From Alphaproteobacteria bacterium (GTDB lineage: Bacteria > Pseudomonadota > Alphaproteobacteria > SHVV01), in contig OZ253470.1 of NCBI GenBank assembly GCA_965261735.1, positions 4,736,001-4,800,000 on the forward strand: a stretch of 64,000 bases of DNA, written 5' to 3'. Positions within the stretch are counted from its first letter, which is position 1. Every line of letters starts with the position of its first letter. Under the pieces are notes generated by a model. It saw nothing but the letters and a program-made list of their open reading frames with translations, was not told where the DNA came from and did no database searches. A program made the position numbers and the translations under genes. This document shows positions 9,300-21,543 of this stretch, piece after piece.

Positions 9300-9907
9300 G
9301 CGCGCGCGCCTCCGGCCCCATCAAGCAGCCCGAGTCCTTCGCCTTCACGCCCGACAACCAGGCGCGCGCCGACGCCTTCATCGCGCGTTACCCCGAGGGC
9401 AGGCAGCAAAGCGCCGTAATGGCGCTGCTCGACCTCGCCCAGCGCCAGTCGGGCGGCTGGCTGCCGCGGGCGGCGATGAACCAGGTCGGCGCGATGCTCG
9501 GTATGGCGCCCATCCGCGTCTACGAGGTCGCGACCTTCTATTCGATGTTCAATCTCGCGCCGATTGGCGAGCACCACGTGCGTGTGTGCACGACGACGCC
9601 GTGCCAATTGCGCGGCTCCGGCGAGGTACTGGCCGCGTGCGAGAGCGCGCTCGGCATTGGGCTCGGCGAAACCACGTCCGACGGCAGGTTTACCCTCGGG
9701 GAGGTCGAATGCCTGGGCGCCTGCGTCAACGCGCCCGTGGTACAGATCGGCGACGACTACTACGAGGACCTCGATCCCGCGCGCACCGCGGCCCTGCTCG
9801 AGGCGCTCAAGCAGGGCAAGCCGCCGCCCGCGCCCGGCCCGCAGATCGAGCGACAAACATCGGCGCCGGTTCGCGGTCAATCGACACTATTGGAAGCGTC
9901 GGGATAG
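9296..9907 (+). CDS. nuoE: NADH-quinone oxidoreductase subunit E
   Basis: CTTTPC and [11 protein letters not shown] 2Fe-2S ligands. Confidence 0.96.
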   Translation: MSARASGPIKQPESFAFTPDNQARADAFIARYPEGRQQSAVMALLDLAQRQSGGWLPRAAMNQVGAMLGMAPIRVYEVATFYSMFNLAPIGEHHVRVCTTTPCQLRGSGEVLAACESALGIGLGETTSDGRFTLGEVECLGACVNAPVVQIGDDYYEDLDPARTAALLEALKQGKPPPAPGPQIERQTSAPVRGQSTLLEASG

Positions 9908-9912
9908 TCGGC

Positions 9913-11214
9913 ATGCTGGCCGAGAACGACCGCATCTTCACCAATCTCTATGGCGCTCACGATTGGCGCCTCAAGGGGGCCGAGTCGCGGGGGGACTGGG
10001 ATGACACCGGGGCGCTGCTCGCCCGAACGCGCGACAACATCATCGAGGAGGTCAAGGAGTCGGGCTTGCGTGGGCGCGGCGGCGCCGGTTTCCCGTCCGG
10101 CCTCAAGATGTCGTTCATGCCCAAGGAATCCGACGGCCGGCCCTCCTATCTGGTCGTCAACGCCGACGAGGGCGAGCCTGGAACCTGTAAGGATCGCGAT
10201 ATCATGCGACACGATCCTCACAAGTTACTTGAAGGCTGCCTGGTCGCCGGCTATGCCATGGGCACGGTCGCCGCCTACATCTATATCCGTGGCGAGTTCT
10301 ACCGCGAGGCCGAAGTCCTAGAGGGGGCGATCGAAGAGGCGTATGCGGCCAAGCGCCTGGGCCGCGACGCGTGCGGCTCGGGCTACGACTTCGACATCTA
10401 CGTTCATCGCGGGGCCGGTGCCTACATCTGCGGCGAGGAGACGGGCCTGCTCGAGAGCCTCGAAGGTCGCAAGGGCATGCCGCGCCTCAAGCCGCCATTT
10501 CCCGCCGCCGTCGGCCTGTGGGGCTGCCCCACGACCGTTAACAACGTCGAGACGATCGCCGTCATCCCAACGATTCTGCGCCGCGGCGCGAGCTGGTTCG
10601 CCTCCATCGGCCGCCCCAACAACACCGGGACCAAGTTGTACTGCATCTCTGGTCACGTCGAGACGCCGTGCAACGTGGAAGAGGCGATGAGCATCCCCTT
10701 GCGCGAGCTCATCGAGAAGCACGCCGGCGGCGTGCGCGGGGGCTGGGACAACCTGCTCGCGGTGATCCCGGGCGGCTCGTCCGTGCCGTTGCTGCCCAAG
10801 TCGATCTGCGACACCGTGCTGATGGATTTCGACGCGCTCAAGGAGGTCAAGTCGGGGCTCGGCACGGCGGCGGTCATCGTTATGGACAAATCGACCGACA
10901 TCGTTGCCGCGATCGCGCGGCTGTCGAAGTTCTACATGCACGAGAGCTGTGGCCAGTGCACGCCGTGCCGCGAAGGGACGGGCTGGATGTGGCGAGTCAT
11001 GGAGCGGCTGGTCGCGGGCCGCGCCGAGATCGGCGAGATCGACCTGCTGCTCGAAGTCGCCAGCCAGATCGAGGGACATACGATCTGCGCCCACGGCGAT
11101 GCCGCCGCGTGGCCGATCCAGGGCTTGGTTCGCCACTTCCGATCAGAGATCGAGCGCCGCATCCTTGCCGCCAAGAAGTCAGCGCCGCTGGCGACGCAAC
11201 CCGCGGCCGCGTAG
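9913..11214 (+). CDS. nuoF: NADH-quinone oxidoreductase subunit F
   Basis: [34 protein letters not shown]; start trimmed to MLAENDRIF. Confidence 0.97.
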   Translation: MLAENDRIFTNLYGAHDWRLKGAESRGDWDDTGALLARTRDNIIEEVKESGLRGRGGAGFPSGLKMSFMPKESDGRPSYLVVNADEGEPGTCKDRDIMRHDPHKLLEGCLVAGYAMGTVAAYIYIRGEFYREAEVLEGAIEEAYAAKRLGRDACGSGYDFDIYVHRGAGAYICGEETGLLESLEGRKGMPRLKPPFPAAVGLWGCPTTVNNVETIAVIPTILRRGASWFASIGRPNNTGTKLYCISGHVETPCNVEEAMSIPLRELIEKHAGGVRGGWDNLLAVIPGGSSVPLLPKSICDTVLMDFDALKEVKSGLGTAAVIVMDKSTDIVAAIARLSKFYMHESCGQCTPCREGTGWMWRVMERLVAGRAEIGEIDLLLEVASQIEGHTICAHGDAAAWPIQGLVRHFRSEIERRILAAKKSAPLATQPAAA

Positions 11215-11225
11215 GGAACCTGGAA

Positions 11226-13304
11226 ATGCCCACGCTCACGGTCGATGGTATCGAGGTCACGGTCGAACCCGGCACCACCGTCCTTCAGGCGTGCGAGACG
11301 GCGGGCAAGGAGATCCCGCGCTTCTGCTACCACGAGCGCCTATCGGTTGCCGGCAATTGCCGCATGTGCCTGGTCGAGATGGAGAAATCGCCGAAGCCGA
11401 TCGCGTCGTGCGCGATGCCGGCCGGCGACGGCATGGTCATCCACACCCAGTCGGCGGTGGCCAAGAAGGCGCGCGAGGGGGTGCTCGAGTTCCTGCTCAT
11501 CAACCATCCTCTCGACTGCCCGATTTGCGACCAGGGCGGTGAATGCGACCTGCAGGATCAGACGATGGCGTACGGCCTCGGCATCAGCCGCTATGTCGAG
11601 CATAAGCGGGCCGTCGAGGAAAAGGATCTCGGGCCGCTCATCAAAACCTTCATGACGCGGTGCATTCATTGTACGCGCTGCGTGCGCTTCGCCACCGAGA
11701 TCGCGGGCGTCGAGGAGCTCGGCACAACCGGGCGCGGCGAGGACATGGAGATCGGCACCTACGTCGAGAAGGCGCTGACCTCGGAACTGTCCGGCAACAT
11801 GATCGACATCTGCCCGGTCGGTGCGCTGACTTCGAAGCCGTACGCCTTCACGGCCCGTTCGTGGGAGCTCGTCAAGACAGAGACCATCGACGTCCACGAT
11901 GCGGTCGGCTCCAACATCCGCATCGATTCGCGGGGCCGCGAGATCATGCGGGCGCTGCCGCGCCTCAACGAGGACATCAACGAGGAGTGGATTTCGGACA
12001 AGACCCGCTTCGCCACCGATGGGCTTAACCGCCAGCGCCTGGACAGGCCCTATGTGCGTCGCGCCGGCAAACTTGAGCCGGCGACGTGGGATGAGGCCTT
12101 TGCCGCCATCGCGGCCCGCCTGCAGGGAGTCGCCGGGGACAGAATTGGGGCGATCGCCGGCAACCTCGCCTGCGTCGAATCCATGCTCGCGCTCAAAGAC
12201 CTGATGGTGGGACTCGGCTCGCCGCACCTCGATTGCCGGCAGGACGGCGCCGCCCTCGATGCGCGGGCACGCACCGGCTACCTCTTCAACACAACGATCG
12301 CCGGCATCGACGAGGCGGACGCGTGTCTGCTGATCGGCACCAATCCGCGCTGGGAAGCGGCGCTCGTCAATGCCCGGCTGCGCGGACGCTATCTCGCCGG
12401 GGGCTTCCCGATCGCCGCGGTCGGCCCACGGATCGACCCTAGCTATAGCTACGACCATCTCGGCGCGGGTCCCGAGACGCTGGCCGAGATCGCCGCCGGG
12501 ACGCATCCGTTCCACGCGGTGTTGGCCGCGGCCGAGCGCCCGATGTTGATCGTGGGGCAGGGGGCGCTGGCGCGGCCCGACGGTGCCGCCGTTCTCGGCG
12601 CCGCACGCCGCATCGCCGAGAGTGCGGGGCTCATCGCCGAAGGCTGGAACGGCTTCAATGTTCTGCATACCGCGGCGGCGCGCGTCGGTGGGCTCGATCT
12701 CGGCCTCGTGCCGGGTGAGGGTGGCCGCGACGTCGGCGGCATTCTCGAGGGCGCCGGCAGCGGCGACGTCGAGGCGGTGTTCCTTCTCGGCGCGGACGAG
12801 GTCGACATGGCCGCGCTGGGGCAGGTCTTCGTGATCTACCAGGGTCACCACGGCGATGCCGGCGCCTACCGCGCCGACGTGATCCTGCCTGGCGCCGCGT
12901 ATACCGAAAAGGATGCGACGTACGTCAATACCGAGGGACGCCCGCAGCAAGCCTGGCGCGCGATCTTCCCACCCGGGGAAGCGCGCGAGGACTGGGCGAT
13001 CTTGCGGGCGCTGTCGGAGGTCCTGGCGGGCGCGGGCACAGGCGCGCGGCTCGCTTACGACAACCTCGCCGAGCTTGGCGCGCGCCTCGCCGAGGTCGCG
13101 CCCAACCTGGCGCGCAGCGGCGACATCGAGGCTGCGCCGTGGCAGCCGTTCGGCAACGATGGCGCCATGGACCCGACGCCCTTTGCCAGCCCGGTCGACG
13201 ACTTCTACATGACCAACGCGATATGCCGCGCGTCCGAGACTATGGCCGCGTGTAGCTCGGCCTACGTGGTCGACGAGCGGCCTTCGACCGGCACCCATGG
13301 CTGA
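11226..13304 (+). CDS. nuoG: NADH-quinone oxidoreductase subunit G
   Basis: [42 protein letters not shown]. Confidence 0.97.
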   Translation: MPTLTVDGIEVTVEPGTTVLQACETAGKEIPRFCYHERLSVAGNCRMCLVEMEKSPKPIASCAMPAGDGMVIHTQSAVAKKAREGVLEFLLINHPLDCPICDQGGECDLQDQTMAYGLGISRYVEHKRAVEEKDLGPLIKTFMTRCIHCTRCVRFATEIAGVEELGTTGRGEDMEIGTYVEKALTSELSGNMIDICPVGALTSKPYAFTARSWELVKTETIDVHDAVGSNIRIDSRGREIMRALPRLNEDINEEWISDKTRFATDGLNRQRLDRPYVRRAGKLEPATWDEAFAAIAARLQGVAGDRIGAIAGNLACVESMLALKDLMVGLGSPHLDCRQDGAALDARARTGYLFNTTIAGIDEADACLLIGTNPRWEAALVNARLRGRYLAGGFPIAAVGPRIDPSYSYDHLGAGPETLAEIAAGTHPFHAVLAAAERPMLIVGQGALARPDGAAVLGAARRIAESAGLIAEGWNGFNVLHTAAARVGGLDLGLVPGEGGRDVGGILEGAGSGDVEAVFLLGADEVDMAALGQVFVIYQGHHGDAGAYRADVILPGAAYTEKDATYVNTEGRPQQAWRAIFPPGEAREDWAILRALSEVLAGAGTGARLAYDNLAELGARLAEVAPNLARSGDIEAAPWQPFGNDGAMDPTPFASPVDDFYMTNAICRASETMAACSSAYVVDERPSTGTHG

Positions 13305-14304
13305 TTTCTGGGCCGGCTACGCCCTTCCGACGATCATTATCGTCGCGCAGGTCTTGGCCATTCTGGTGCCGCTGCTGCTCGCCGTCGCCTACCTCACCTA
13401 TTTCGAGCGCAAGGTTATGGCGGCCATGCACCTGCGGATGGGCCCCAACGTGGTCGGCGCCTTCGGCCTCCTGCAGCCCTTCGCCGACGCCATCAAGCTG
13501 CTCTTCAAGGAAACCATCCTGCCGACCGGCGCCAACAAGGTCGTGTTCCTCGCTGCGCCGATGCTGACCTTCGTCCTCAGCCTCATTGCGTGGGCGGTGA
13601 TCCCGGTCGGCGCCGGGCTCGCGCTCGCCGATATCAATGTCGGCGTCCTGTACCTGTTCGCGATCTCCTCGCTCGGTGTCTATGGCGTCATCATGGCCGG
13701 CTGGGCCTCCAACTCGCGTTATGCCTTCCTGGGTGCGCTGCGCTCGGCGGCGCAGATGGTGTCCTACGAGGTCTCGATGGGCTTCGTCATCATCACCGTG
13801 CTGCTGTGCGTCGGCTCGCTCAATCTGTCGGCGATCATCGAGGCGCAGCGCACGGTATGGTTTGCCATCCCGCTGCTGCCGATGTTCGTCATCTTCTTCA
13901 TTTCGACGCTGGCCGAGACCAACCGTCACCCCTTCGACCTTCCCGAAGCCGAATCCGAGCTCGTGGCCGGCTACCAGGTCGAGTACTCGTCGCTCACCTT
14001 CGCGCTCTTCTTCCTCGGCGAGTACGCGAACATGATCCTGATGGCCGCCTTCACCACGATCCTCTTTCTCGGCGGCTGGCTGCCCCCCTTCGATGTCGTA
14101 CCCTTCACGTGGATACCGGGGCCGATCTGGTTCGTCCTCAAGGTTGTCTTCCTGCTCTTCGTCTTCATCTGGATACGGGCCACGTTTCCGCGCTACCGCT
14201 ACGACCAGCTCATGCGACTGGGCTGGAAAGTATTCCTGCCGGCGTCACTGTTTTGGGTCGCTGCGACGGCGGCGGTCCTCGTGACCTTCGATTGGCTGCC
14301 ATGA
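13297..14304 (+). CDS. nuoH: NADH-quinone oxidoreductase subunit H
   Basis: [33 protein letters not shown]. Confidence 0.97.
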   Translation: MADFWAGYALPTIIIVAQVLAILVPLLLAVAYLTYFERKVMAAMHLRMGPNVVGAFGLLQPFADAIKLLFKETILPTGANKVVFLAAPMLTFVLSLIAWAVIPVGAGLALADINVGVLYLFAISSLGVYGVIMAGWASNSRYAFLGALRSAAQMVSYEVSMGFVIITVLLCVGSLNLSAIIEAQRTVWFAIPLLPMFVIFFISTLAETNRHPFDLPEAESELVAGYQVEYSSLTFALFFLGEYANMILMAAFTTILFLGGWLPPFDVVPFTWIPGPIWFVLKVVFLLFVFIWIRATFPRYRYDQLMRLGWKVFLPASLFWVAATAAVLVTFDWLP

Positions 14305-14338
14305 GCGCCGCGTCGACCGAACCTGGGAGCTGATCGAG

Positions 14339-14827
14339 ATGACATTCCTGGAGCGCAGCGCGCGAACACTCCTGTTGGGCGAGCTCCTGGCAGGCATGTC
14401 GGTGACCTTGCGCTACCTGTTCAAGAAGCGCGTGACCATCAATTACCCTTACGAGAAGGGGCCGCTCAGCCCGCGCTTCCGCGGCGAGCACGCGCTGCGC
14501 CGTTATCCGAGCGGCGAGGAGCGCTGCATCGCCTGCAAGCTGTGCGAGGCCGTGTGCCCGGCGCAGGCGATTACCATCGAGGCCGAGCCGCGGGCGGACG
14601 GCAGTCGGCGCACGACTCGCTACGACATCGATATGGTGAAGTGCATCTATTGCGGCTACTGCGCAGAATCGTGCCCGGTGGACGCGATCGTCGAGGGGCC
14701 GAATTTCGAGTTCGCCACCGAAACGCGCGAGGAGCTCCTCTACAACAAGGAAAAACTACTCGCCAACGGCGACCGTTGGGAGCGCGAGATTGCCGCCAAT
14801 ATTGCGGCCGACGCGCCCTACCGCTAG
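14339..14827 (+). CDS. nuoI: NADH-quinone oxidoreductase subunit I
   Basis: Two CxxCxxCxxxCP 4Fe-4S motifs. Confidence 0.97.
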   Translation: MTFLERSARTLLLGELLAGMSVTLRYLFKKRVTINYPYEKGPLSPRFRGEHALRRYPSGEERCIACKLCEAVCPAQAITIEAEPRADGSRRTTRYDIDMVKCIYCGYCAESCPVDAIVEGPNFEFATETREELLYNKEKLLANGDRWEREIAANIAADAPYR

Positions 14828-14890
14828 TTAAGGCGAGCCGTTAGGGGGGCACAGGATGCGTCGATACGGCGGCACGCTCGGGAGGCACCC

Positions 14891-15505
14891 GTGATCGTTC
14901 AGGCGCTTGCGTTCTATCTGTTCGCGGCCATTGCCGTTGCGTCCGGCGTCATGGTGATCTCGGCGCGAAATCCGGTCCATTCGGTACTCTTTCTCATCCT
15001 CGCCTTCTTCAACGCGGCAGCGCTGTTCGTGCTGATGGGGGCCGAGTTCCTGGCGATGATTCTGGTCATCGTCTATGTCGGCGCCGTCGCCGTCCTGTTC
15101 CTCTTCGTCGTCATGATGCTCGACATCAATTTCGTCGAGCTCCGCCAGGGGTTCCTCCAGTACCTGCCGGTCGGTAGTACCATTGGCCTTATCCTCCTGA
15201 TCGAGCTGATCCTCGTGGTCGGTGCCTGGGTGGCGCTACCGGAGGCGGGATCCGTGATCGCCGCGCCGGCACCGCCGGCGGCGGAAATTACGAACACCGA
15301 TGCGCTCGGGCGGCTGATCTACACCGACTACGTGTACCTCTTCCAGGCCGCCGGCATGATTTTGCTCGTGGCCATGGTCAGCGCGATCGTGCTCACCCTG
15401 CGCGTGCGCCAGGACGTGCGCCGGCAGCGCATCTCGCACCAGGTCCACCGGCGTCGCGAGGACGCGGTGGAAGTGCGGGAAGTCGAGCCGCGGAGGGGAA
15501 TCTGA
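14891..15505 (+). CDS. nuoJ: NADH-quinone oxidoreductase subunit J
   Basis: [27 protein letters not shown]. Confidence 0.96.
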   Translation: MIVQALAFYLFAAIAVASGVMVISARNPVHSVLFLILAFFNAAALFVLMGAEFLAMILVIVYVGAVAVLFLFVVMMLDINFVELRQGFLQYLPVGSTIGLILLIELILVVGAWVALPEAGSVIAAPAPPAAEITNTDALGRLIYTDYVYLFQAAGMILLVAMVSAIVLTLRVRQDVRRQRISHQVHRRREDAVEVREVEPRRGI

Positions 15506-15813
15506 TGACGGTCGGCCTCGGCCATTATCTGACCGTAGCGGCGATGCTGTTCACGATCGGCATCTTCGGCATCTTCTTCAACCGCAAGAACGTCATCGTC
15601 ATCCTCATGTCGATCGAGCTCATGCTGCTTGCGGTCAACATCAACCTGGTCGCCTTTTCGACCCACCTCGGCGATCTCGTGGGTCAGGTGTTCGCCATGT
15701 TCGTCCTCACCGTCGCGGCGGCCGAGGCGGCCATCGGGCTCGCCATCCTCATCGTCTACTTCCGCAACCGCGGCACCATCGCGGTTGAGGACATCAACCT
15801 GATGAAGGGCTAA
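15505..15813 (+). CDS. nuoK: NADH-quinone oxidoreductase subunit K
   Basis: [20 protein letters not shown]. Confidence 0.96.
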   Translation: MTVGLGHYLTVAAMLFTIGIFGIFFNRKNVIVILMSIELMLLAVNINLVAFSTHLGDLVGQVFAMFVLTVAAAEAAIGLAILIVYFRNRGTIAVEDINLMKG

Positions 15814-15824
15814 CGCGCGCCTCG

Positions 15825-17756
15825 ATGCTGTATGTCCTGATCGTATTTCTGCCGCTGCTGGCCGCCATCGGTGCGGGCTTCTTCGGCCGCATGATGGGCG
15901 ACCGGGGCGCCCAGCTCCTGACCTCGCTCGCGGTCAGCGGATCGGCGCTGCTGTCCTTTGTCGCCTTCTACGACGTCGCGATCCTCGGCAATACCGCCGA
16001 GGTGGTCCTGCTCGACTGGATGAGCTCGGGCGCGCTCGAGGTGAGCTGGGCCTTGCGTATCGACACCCTCACCGCGGTCATGCTGATCGTGGTCACGGTG
16101 ATTGCGGCGTTGGTGCATTGGTACTCGATCGGCTACATGGCGGGCGATTCGAGTATCCCGCGCTTCTTCGCCTACCTCTCGCTGTTCACCTTCGCGATGC
16201 TGATGCTGGTGACGGCGGACAACTTCCTCCAGCTCTATTTCGGCTGGGAGGGCGTCGGCCTGTGCTCCTACCTGCTGATCGGATTCTGGTACGACCGGCC
16301 GAGCGCCAACGCCGCCGCTATCAAGGCCTTCGTCGTCAACCGCGTCGGCGACTTCGGCTTTGCCATCGGTATCATGGCGATCTTCCTGGTGTTCCGCTCG
16401 GTCAGCTTCGATACCGTGTTCGATGGCGCCGCCGACGTGGCCGGGCAGAGCTTTACCTTCCTCGGCGGCGAGTTTGACATCCTCACCGTCATCACGATCC
16501 TGCTCTTCCTCGGGGCCATGGGCAAATCGGCTCAGCTCGGCCTGCACACCTGGCTGCCCGATGCGATGGAGGGTCCGACGCCGGTTTCGGCGCTGATCCA
16601 TGCGGCGACCATGGTGACCGCCGGCGTGTTCATGGTTGCCCGATGCTCGCCCTTGTTCGAGCACGCACCCTTCACGCTGGGCCTCGTAGTCGTGGTCGGC
16701 GCGACCACGGCGATCGTGACGGCGTCGATCGGGCTCGTGCAAACCGACATCAAGCGGGTGATCGCCTATTCCACCTGCAGCCAGCTCGGCTACATGTTTT
16801 TCGCCTGCGGGCTGTCGGCCTACTCGGCGGCGATCTTCCACCTTTTCACCCACGCCTTCTTCAAGGCGCTGTTGTTCCTGGCCGCGGGCTCGGTGATACA
16901 CGGCCTCTCCGGCGAACAGGACATGCGGCGCATGGGCGGGCTCTACAAGCTGCTGCCGATCACCCACGCGGTGATGTGGATCGGATCGCTCTCGCTCGCC
17001 GGAATCCCGTTCTTCGCCGGCTTCTATTCCAAGGACGTCATTATCGAGACCGCGTACGCCGCCGCCTCCGGGGTCGGCAACTACGCCTTCTATCTCGGGG
17101 TCCTGGCCGCGGCGATGACCGCGTTCTACTCGTGGCGGGTGCTGTTCATGACCTTCTATGGGACGCCACGGGCCGACGCCGAGGTCATGGCCCACGCCCA
17201 TGAGTCGCCGCGGGTGATCACGATCCCGCTGATCCTGCTGGCAGTCGGCGCGGTCTTCGCCGGCGTGATCGCCGCCGGCGCGATGGTCGGCTCCCATACC
17301 ACCTTCTGGGGGGATTCGATCTTCGTCCTCGACGCCCACCGCGCGCTGGAGGACGCGCATCACTCGCCGTTCTGGGTCAAGGCGCTGCCCAGCATCGTCG
17401 CCGTCGCCGGCATCGCGCTCGCCTGGTACTTCTATATCGCCCGCCTGCAGGTGCCGGCACGCCTCGCGGAAACGCACGGCGAGCTCCACCGCTTCCTCCT
17501 CAACAAGTGGTACTTCGACGACATCTACGACTTCCTGTTCGTCGAGCCGGCCAAGTTCGTCGGCCGCACCCTGTGGCGCGGCGGCGACGGTCGGGTGATC
17601 GATGGCCTTGGGCCGGACGGTATCGCCGCCAACGTGCTCGCTCTGGCGCGCCGCGCGACCTGGCTCCAGACCGGGTACCTCTATCACTACGCGTTCGCGA
17701 TGCTGGTGGGTGTCGCCGCCTTCGTGACCTTCTTCTTCTACACGTCGGGCGGCTGA
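15825..17756 (+). CDS. nuoL: NADH-quinone oxidoreductase subunit L
   Basis: GWEGVG, KSAQLGLHTWLPDAMEGPTPVSALIHAATMV. Confidence 0.97.
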   Translation: MLYVLIVFLPLLAAIGAGFFGRMMGDRGAQLLTSLAVSGSALLSFVAFYDVAILGNTAEVVLLDWMSSGALEVSWALRIDTLTAVMLIVVTVIAALVHWYSIGYMAGDSSIPRFFAYLSLFTFAMLMLVTADNFLQLYFGWEGVGLCSYLLIGFWYDRPSANAAAIKAFVVNRVGDFGFAIGIMAIFLVFRSVSFDTVFDGAADVAGQSFTFLGGEFDILTVITILLFLGAMGKSAQLGLHTWLPDAMEGPTPVSALIHAATMVTAGVFMVARCSPLFEHAPFTLGLVVVVGATTAIVTASIGLVQTDIKRVIAYSTCSQLGYMFFACGLSAYSAAIFHLFTHAFFKALLFLAAGSVIHGLSGEQDMRRMGGLYKLLPITHAVMWIGSLSLAGIPFFAGFYSKDVIIETAYAAASGVGNYAFYLGVLAAAMTAFYSWRVLFMTFYGTPRADAEVMAHAHESPRVITIPLILLAVGAVFAGVIAAGAMVGSHTTFWGDSIFVLDAHRALEDAHHSPFWVKALPSIVAVAGIALAWYFYIARLQVPARLAETHGELHRFLLNKWYFDDIYDFLFVEPAKFVGRTLWRGGDGRVIDGLGPDGIAANVLALARRATWLQTGYLYHYAFAMLVGVAAFVTFFFYTSGG

Positions 17757-17759
17757 GCG

Positions 17760-19271
17760 ATGGGTGAGTGGCCGCTTCTGTCGCTGGTGACCTTCCTGCC
17801 CCTGGTGGGCGCGCTGATCATCCTGGTGATCCGCGGCGACAGGGAGATCGTCAACCGAAATACTCGCGCCGCCGCCTTGTGGACGTCGCTCTTCACCTTT
17901 GGGCTTTCGCTCGTCCTGTGGTTCCAGTTCGACACAAGCACGTCCGCCTTCCAGTTCGTCGAGCAGAAAACCTGGTTCTACGAGGGCGTCAGCTATCACC
18001 TCGGTGTGGACGGCATCTCGATGCTGTTCATCGTGCTCACCGCCTTTCTGACCCCGATCTGCATTCTCGCGAGCTGGGAGTCGATCCAGGAGCGCGTGCG
18101 CGAGTACATGATCGCGTTCCTGGTGATGGAAACGATGATGATCGGCGTCTTCTCGGCGCTCGACTTCGTTTTGTTCTATCTGTTCTTCGAGGGCGGCCTG
18201 ATCCCTATGTTCCTCATCATCGGCGTGTGGGGCGGCGAGCGGCGCATCTACTCGACCTTCAAGTTCTTCCTCTACACGCTGCTCGGCTCGGTGCTGCTGC
18301 TGCTGGCGCTGATCTACATGTACTCCGAGGCCGGCACCACCGACATACCGGCCTTGATGCGCCACGGATTCGAACCTTCGGTGCAGCGCTGGCTATGGCT
18401 GGCGCTCTTCGCCTCGTTCGCGGTCAAGGTGCCGATGTGGCCCGTCCACACATGGCTTCCCGATGCCCACGTCGAGGCCCCGACGGCGGGCTCGGTCATC
18501 CTGGCGGGCGTGCTGTTGAAGATCGGGGCCTATGGGTTTATCCGCTTTTCGATCCCGATACTGCCCGATGCCACGGCCTTCTTCACGCCGCTGGTCTTTA
18601 CGCTCAGCGTCGTCGCCGTGATCTATACCTCGCTCGTGTGCCTCATGCAGGAGGACATGAAGAAGTTGATCGCCTACTCCTCGGTCGCGCATATGGGCTT
18701 CGTCACCATCGGTATCTTCACCTTCACGGCCCAAGGAATCGAGGGCGGCCTGATACAGATGCTGAGCCACGGCCTTATCTCGGGCGCCCTGTTCCTGTGC
18801 GTCGGCGTCCTTTACGACCGCGTCCATTCGCGCGACATCGCGCGCTACGGCGGCGTCGTACACCGCATGCCGATGTACGCGTTCGCCCTCATGGTTTTCG
18901 CGCTCGCCAACGTCGGACTTCCCGGCACCAGCGGCTTCGTCGGCGAGTTCCTCGTGCTCGTCGGCATCTTCCAGGTCAACACCTGGGTCGCCGTCCTCGC
19001 CACGACCGGCATCATTCTCGGCGCCGCCTACACGCTATGGCTCTACCGGCGGGTCGTCTACGGTGTGCTCGAGAAGGCCGAGCTGACGACGCTTCGCGAC
19101 CTCGGGCGCCGCGAGATATTGGTGCTCGCACCGCTCATCGCCACCGTGCTGTTCTTCGGCTTCTATCCACAGCCCTTGCTGGAGGTCATGCACGAGTCGG
19201 TCGCCAACCTCATCGCCCAGCACGAGCTCGCAAGAGCGGCCACCGAGGACGCGACCCTCGCCGTGCGCTAG
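17760..19271 (+). CDS. nuoM: NADH-quinone oxidoreductase subunit M
   Basis: VKVPMWPVHTWLPDAHVEAP, GLPGTSGFVGEF. Confidence 0.97.
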   Translation: MGEWPLLSLVTFLPLVGALIILVIRGDREIVNRNTRAAALWTSLFTFGLSLVLWFQFDTSTSAFQFVEQKTWFYEGVSYHLGVDGISMLFIVLTAFLTPICILASWESIQERVREYMIAFLVMETMMIGVFSALDFVLFYLFFEGGLIPMFLIIGVWGGERRIYSTFKFFLYTLLGSVLLLLALIYMYSEAGTTDIPALMRHGFEPSVQRWLWLALFASFAVKVPMWPVHTWLPDAHVEAPTAGSVILAGVLLKIGAYGFIRFSIPILPDATAFFTPLVFTLSVVAVIYTSLVCLMQEDMKKLIAYSSVAHMGFVTIGIFTFTAQGIEGGLIQMLSHGLISGALFLCVGVLYDRVHSRDIARYGGVVHRMPMYAFALMVFALANVGLPGTSGFVGEFLVLVGIFQVNTWVAVLATTGIILGAAYTLWLYRRVVYGVLEKAELTTLRDLGRREILVLAPLIATVLFFGFYPQPLLEVMHESVANLIAQHELARAATEDATLAVR

Positions 19272-19292
19272 CAGGGACCGACGAACACCGCC

Positions 19293-20741
19293 ATGTCCGC
19301 GAACTCCTTCCCCGAACTCGGTCCCGCGGTGCCCGAGATTTTCGTCGCCGTCGTGGCGATGGCGCTCCTGATGTTCGGCGTCTTCCGCGGCAACAAGGCG
19401 ACGCGGGCGGTATCCTGGCTCGCCGCTCTGGCGCTCGCGGTGGCGCTGGTGCTGGTTTTCCTGGCGCCGCCAGAGCAACAGATCACGTTCACCGGCATGT
19501 TCATCGCCGATCCGTTCGCGCGATTCATGAAGGTCCTCGTGTTGCTCGGCTCCATCCTCGCCATCGTCATGTCCCTCGGCTACATCCGGCGCGAGCGCAT
19601 GGAGCGCTTCGAGTACCCCATCCTTATCCTGCTGGCGACGCTCGGCATGATGATGATGGTCTCGGCCAACGACCTCATCTCGCTCTACGTCGGCACCGAG
19701 CTCCAGAGCCTGTCGCTCTATGTGGTTGCCGCGTTCAAGCGCGATTCGCTGCGCTCGACGGAGGCCGGGCTCAAATATTTCGTCCTCGGGGCGCTGTCCT
19801 CGGGGATGTTGCTGTACGGTTGTTCGCTGATCTACGGCTTCACCGGAACCACCAACTTCCAGACGCTGGCGGAACTGTTCGCCGGCGGGGCACAGCTGTC
19901 GCTCGGCCTCATCATCGGCCTCGTGTTCCTCATCGCCGGCCTCGCCTTCAAGGTCTCCGCCGTGCCCTTCCACATGTGGACGCCCGACGTATACGAGGGC
20001 GCACCGACGCCCGGTACCGCCTTCTTCGCGGTCGCGCCCAAGATCGCGGCGATGGCCCTGCTGTTGCGCACGATCGTCGCGCCCTTCATCGAGCTGGTCG
20101 GCGAATGGCAGCAGATCATCATCTTCCTGTCGATTGCGTCGATGCTGCTCGGTGCCTTTGCCGCCATCGGCCAGTCCAATATCAAGCGGCTCATGGCATA
20201 TAGCTCCATCGGCCATGTCGGCTTTGCGCTGATCGGGCTCGCCGCCGGGACCGAAGAGGGCGTTCGCGGCGTCCTCGTCTACATGGCGATCTACTTGGCC
20301 ATGAACGTCGGTGCTTTTGGCGTCATTCTTTGCATGCGGCACAAAGATTCGATGGTCGAAGGCATCGACGATCTCGCGGGGCTGTCGCAATCGAACCCGA
20401 TGATGGCGTTGGCCATGGCCATCTTCATGCTGTCGCTCGCCGGCATCCCGCCGTTGGCCGGGTTCTTCGGCAAGTTTTACGTGTTCATCGCGGCGATCAA
20501 CGCCGAACTGTACGGCCTGGCCGTCATCGGCGTGCTCGCGAGCGTGGTCGGCGCGTTCTACTACCTGCGCATCGTCAAGGTGATGTACTTCGACCCGCCC
20601 GCCGAGCCCTTGGAGCGGCCGATCGGCGGCGAAATGACGATCGTGCTCGCGGCGACCGGTGTCTTCACCCTGTTCTTCTTCCTCTACCCGACCCCCTTGA
20701 TCGCCAGCGCCGAGACGGCCGCGCGCTCCCTGTTGCCGTGA
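19293..20741 (+). CDS. nuoN: NADH-quinone oxidoreductase subunit N
   Basis: [40 protein letters not shown]. Confidence 0.97.
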   Translation: MSANSFPELGPAVPEIFVAVVAMALLMFGVFRGNKATRAVSWLAALALAVALVLVFLAPPEQQITFTGMFIADPFARFMKVLVLLGSILAIVMSLGYIRRERMERFEYPILILLATLGMMMMVSANDLISLYVGTELQSLSLYVVAAFKRDSLRSTEAGLKYFVLGALSSGMLLYGCSLIYGFTGTTNFQTLAELFAGGAQLSLGLIIGLVFLIAGLAFKVSAVPFHMWTPDVYEGAPTPGTAFFAVAPKIAAMALLLRTIVAPFIELVGEWQQIIIFLSIASMLLGAFAAIGQSNIKRLMAYSSIGHVGFALIGLAAGTEEGVRGVLVYMAIYLAMNVGAFGVILCMRHKDSMVEGIDDLAGLSQSNPMMALAMAIFMLSLAGIPPLAGFFGKFYVFIAAINAELYGLAVIGVLASVVGAFYYLRIVKVMYFDPPAEPLERPIGGEMTIVLAATGVFTLFFFLYPTPLIASAETAARSLLP

Positions 20742-21526
20742 CGCCCGCCTCCCACGCCGCGGGCGGCCGGCGACCCGACCTTCCGTCCTTCTACGAACTC
20801 GTCCAGCTCGATGATGTCGACAGCACGAACGCCGAGGCGGGGCGCCGGGCGCGCGTCGGTGCCCGCGAGGGGACGCTGGTCTGGGCAACGCGCCAAAATG
20901 CGGGCCGCGGTCGGCTCGGCAAGCGTTGGTCCTCGCCGCCTGACAATCTTTACATGTCGCTCCTGCTCCGCCCGAGCTGCGCCGCAGCCGAAGCGGCTCA
21001 GGTGTCCTTTGCCGCCGCACTCGGCGTCGGCGAAGCCTTGAGCGCCATGCCGCTCGACGCCGCCGTGCACTACAAATGGCCCAACGACGTCCTCCTCGGC
21101 GGGCGCAAGGTGGCCGGCATTCTGCTCGAATCGAGCACGGCGGACGGCGGGCGCCGCGTCGACGAACTCATCGTCGGGATCGGCGTCAACGTGGCGTCGC
21201 ACCCAGCCGACTCGGCCTATCCGGCAACCTGCCTCGCCGAGCATGGCCATACGGGCGGTGTCCTCGGGGCGCTCGAGGCGATTGCGGCCGAGCTCCTCGA
21301 GTGGGTCGCACAGTGGAGGCAAGGCGGCGTTGCGGCACTCAGGGGTGCGTGGCTGGCGCGGGCGGCCGGGCTCGGCGCCCGACTCGAGGTTCGCCTCCCA
21401 ACGGCAACTCTGGCCGGCACGTTTGCCGATCTCGACGGCGCCGGCGCCCTGATCCTGGACGCCGACGACGGCAGCCGCCGCTCCATCAGCACGGGCGAGG
21501 TCTACTTTCCCGACCTCGTACCCTAG
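20738..21526 (+). CDS. birA: Biotin--[acetyl-CoA-carboxylase] ligase (no HTH domain)
   Basis: [27 protein letters not shown]; GTGA overlap with the nuoN stop. Confidence 0.93.
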   Translation: MTPASHAAGGRRPDLPSFYELVQLDDVDSTNAEAGRRARVGAREGTLVWATRQNAGRGRLGKRWSSPPDNLYMSLLLRPSCAAAEAAQVSFAAALGVGEALSAMPLDAAVHYKWPNDVLLGGRKVAGILLESSTADGGRRVDELIVGIGVNVASHPADSAYPATCLAEHGHTGGVLGALEAIAAELLEWVAQWRQGGVAALRGAWLARAAGLGARLEVRLPTATLAGTFADLDGAGALILDADDGSRRSISTGEVYFPDLVP

Positions 21527-21543
21527 CCCTGGACCACCGGTCC

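Noticed and set aside
9088-9912. Apparent long N-terminal extension or fusion on nuoF (likewise nuoG, birA, coaX, rnj, cdsA, gloA)
   Set aside because: Open-frame run-through over the upstream gene; the real starts are at the conserved N-termini.
15810-21020. Very long antisense or alternative-frame ORFs over nuoL-N (851, 811 and 661 aa), and similar ones over the amidohydrolase, nuoG, bamA, trpCD and ppiD
   Set aside because: Shadow ORFs expected from high GC3 codon bias; no recognisable motifs, and each overlaps a well-conserved gene.
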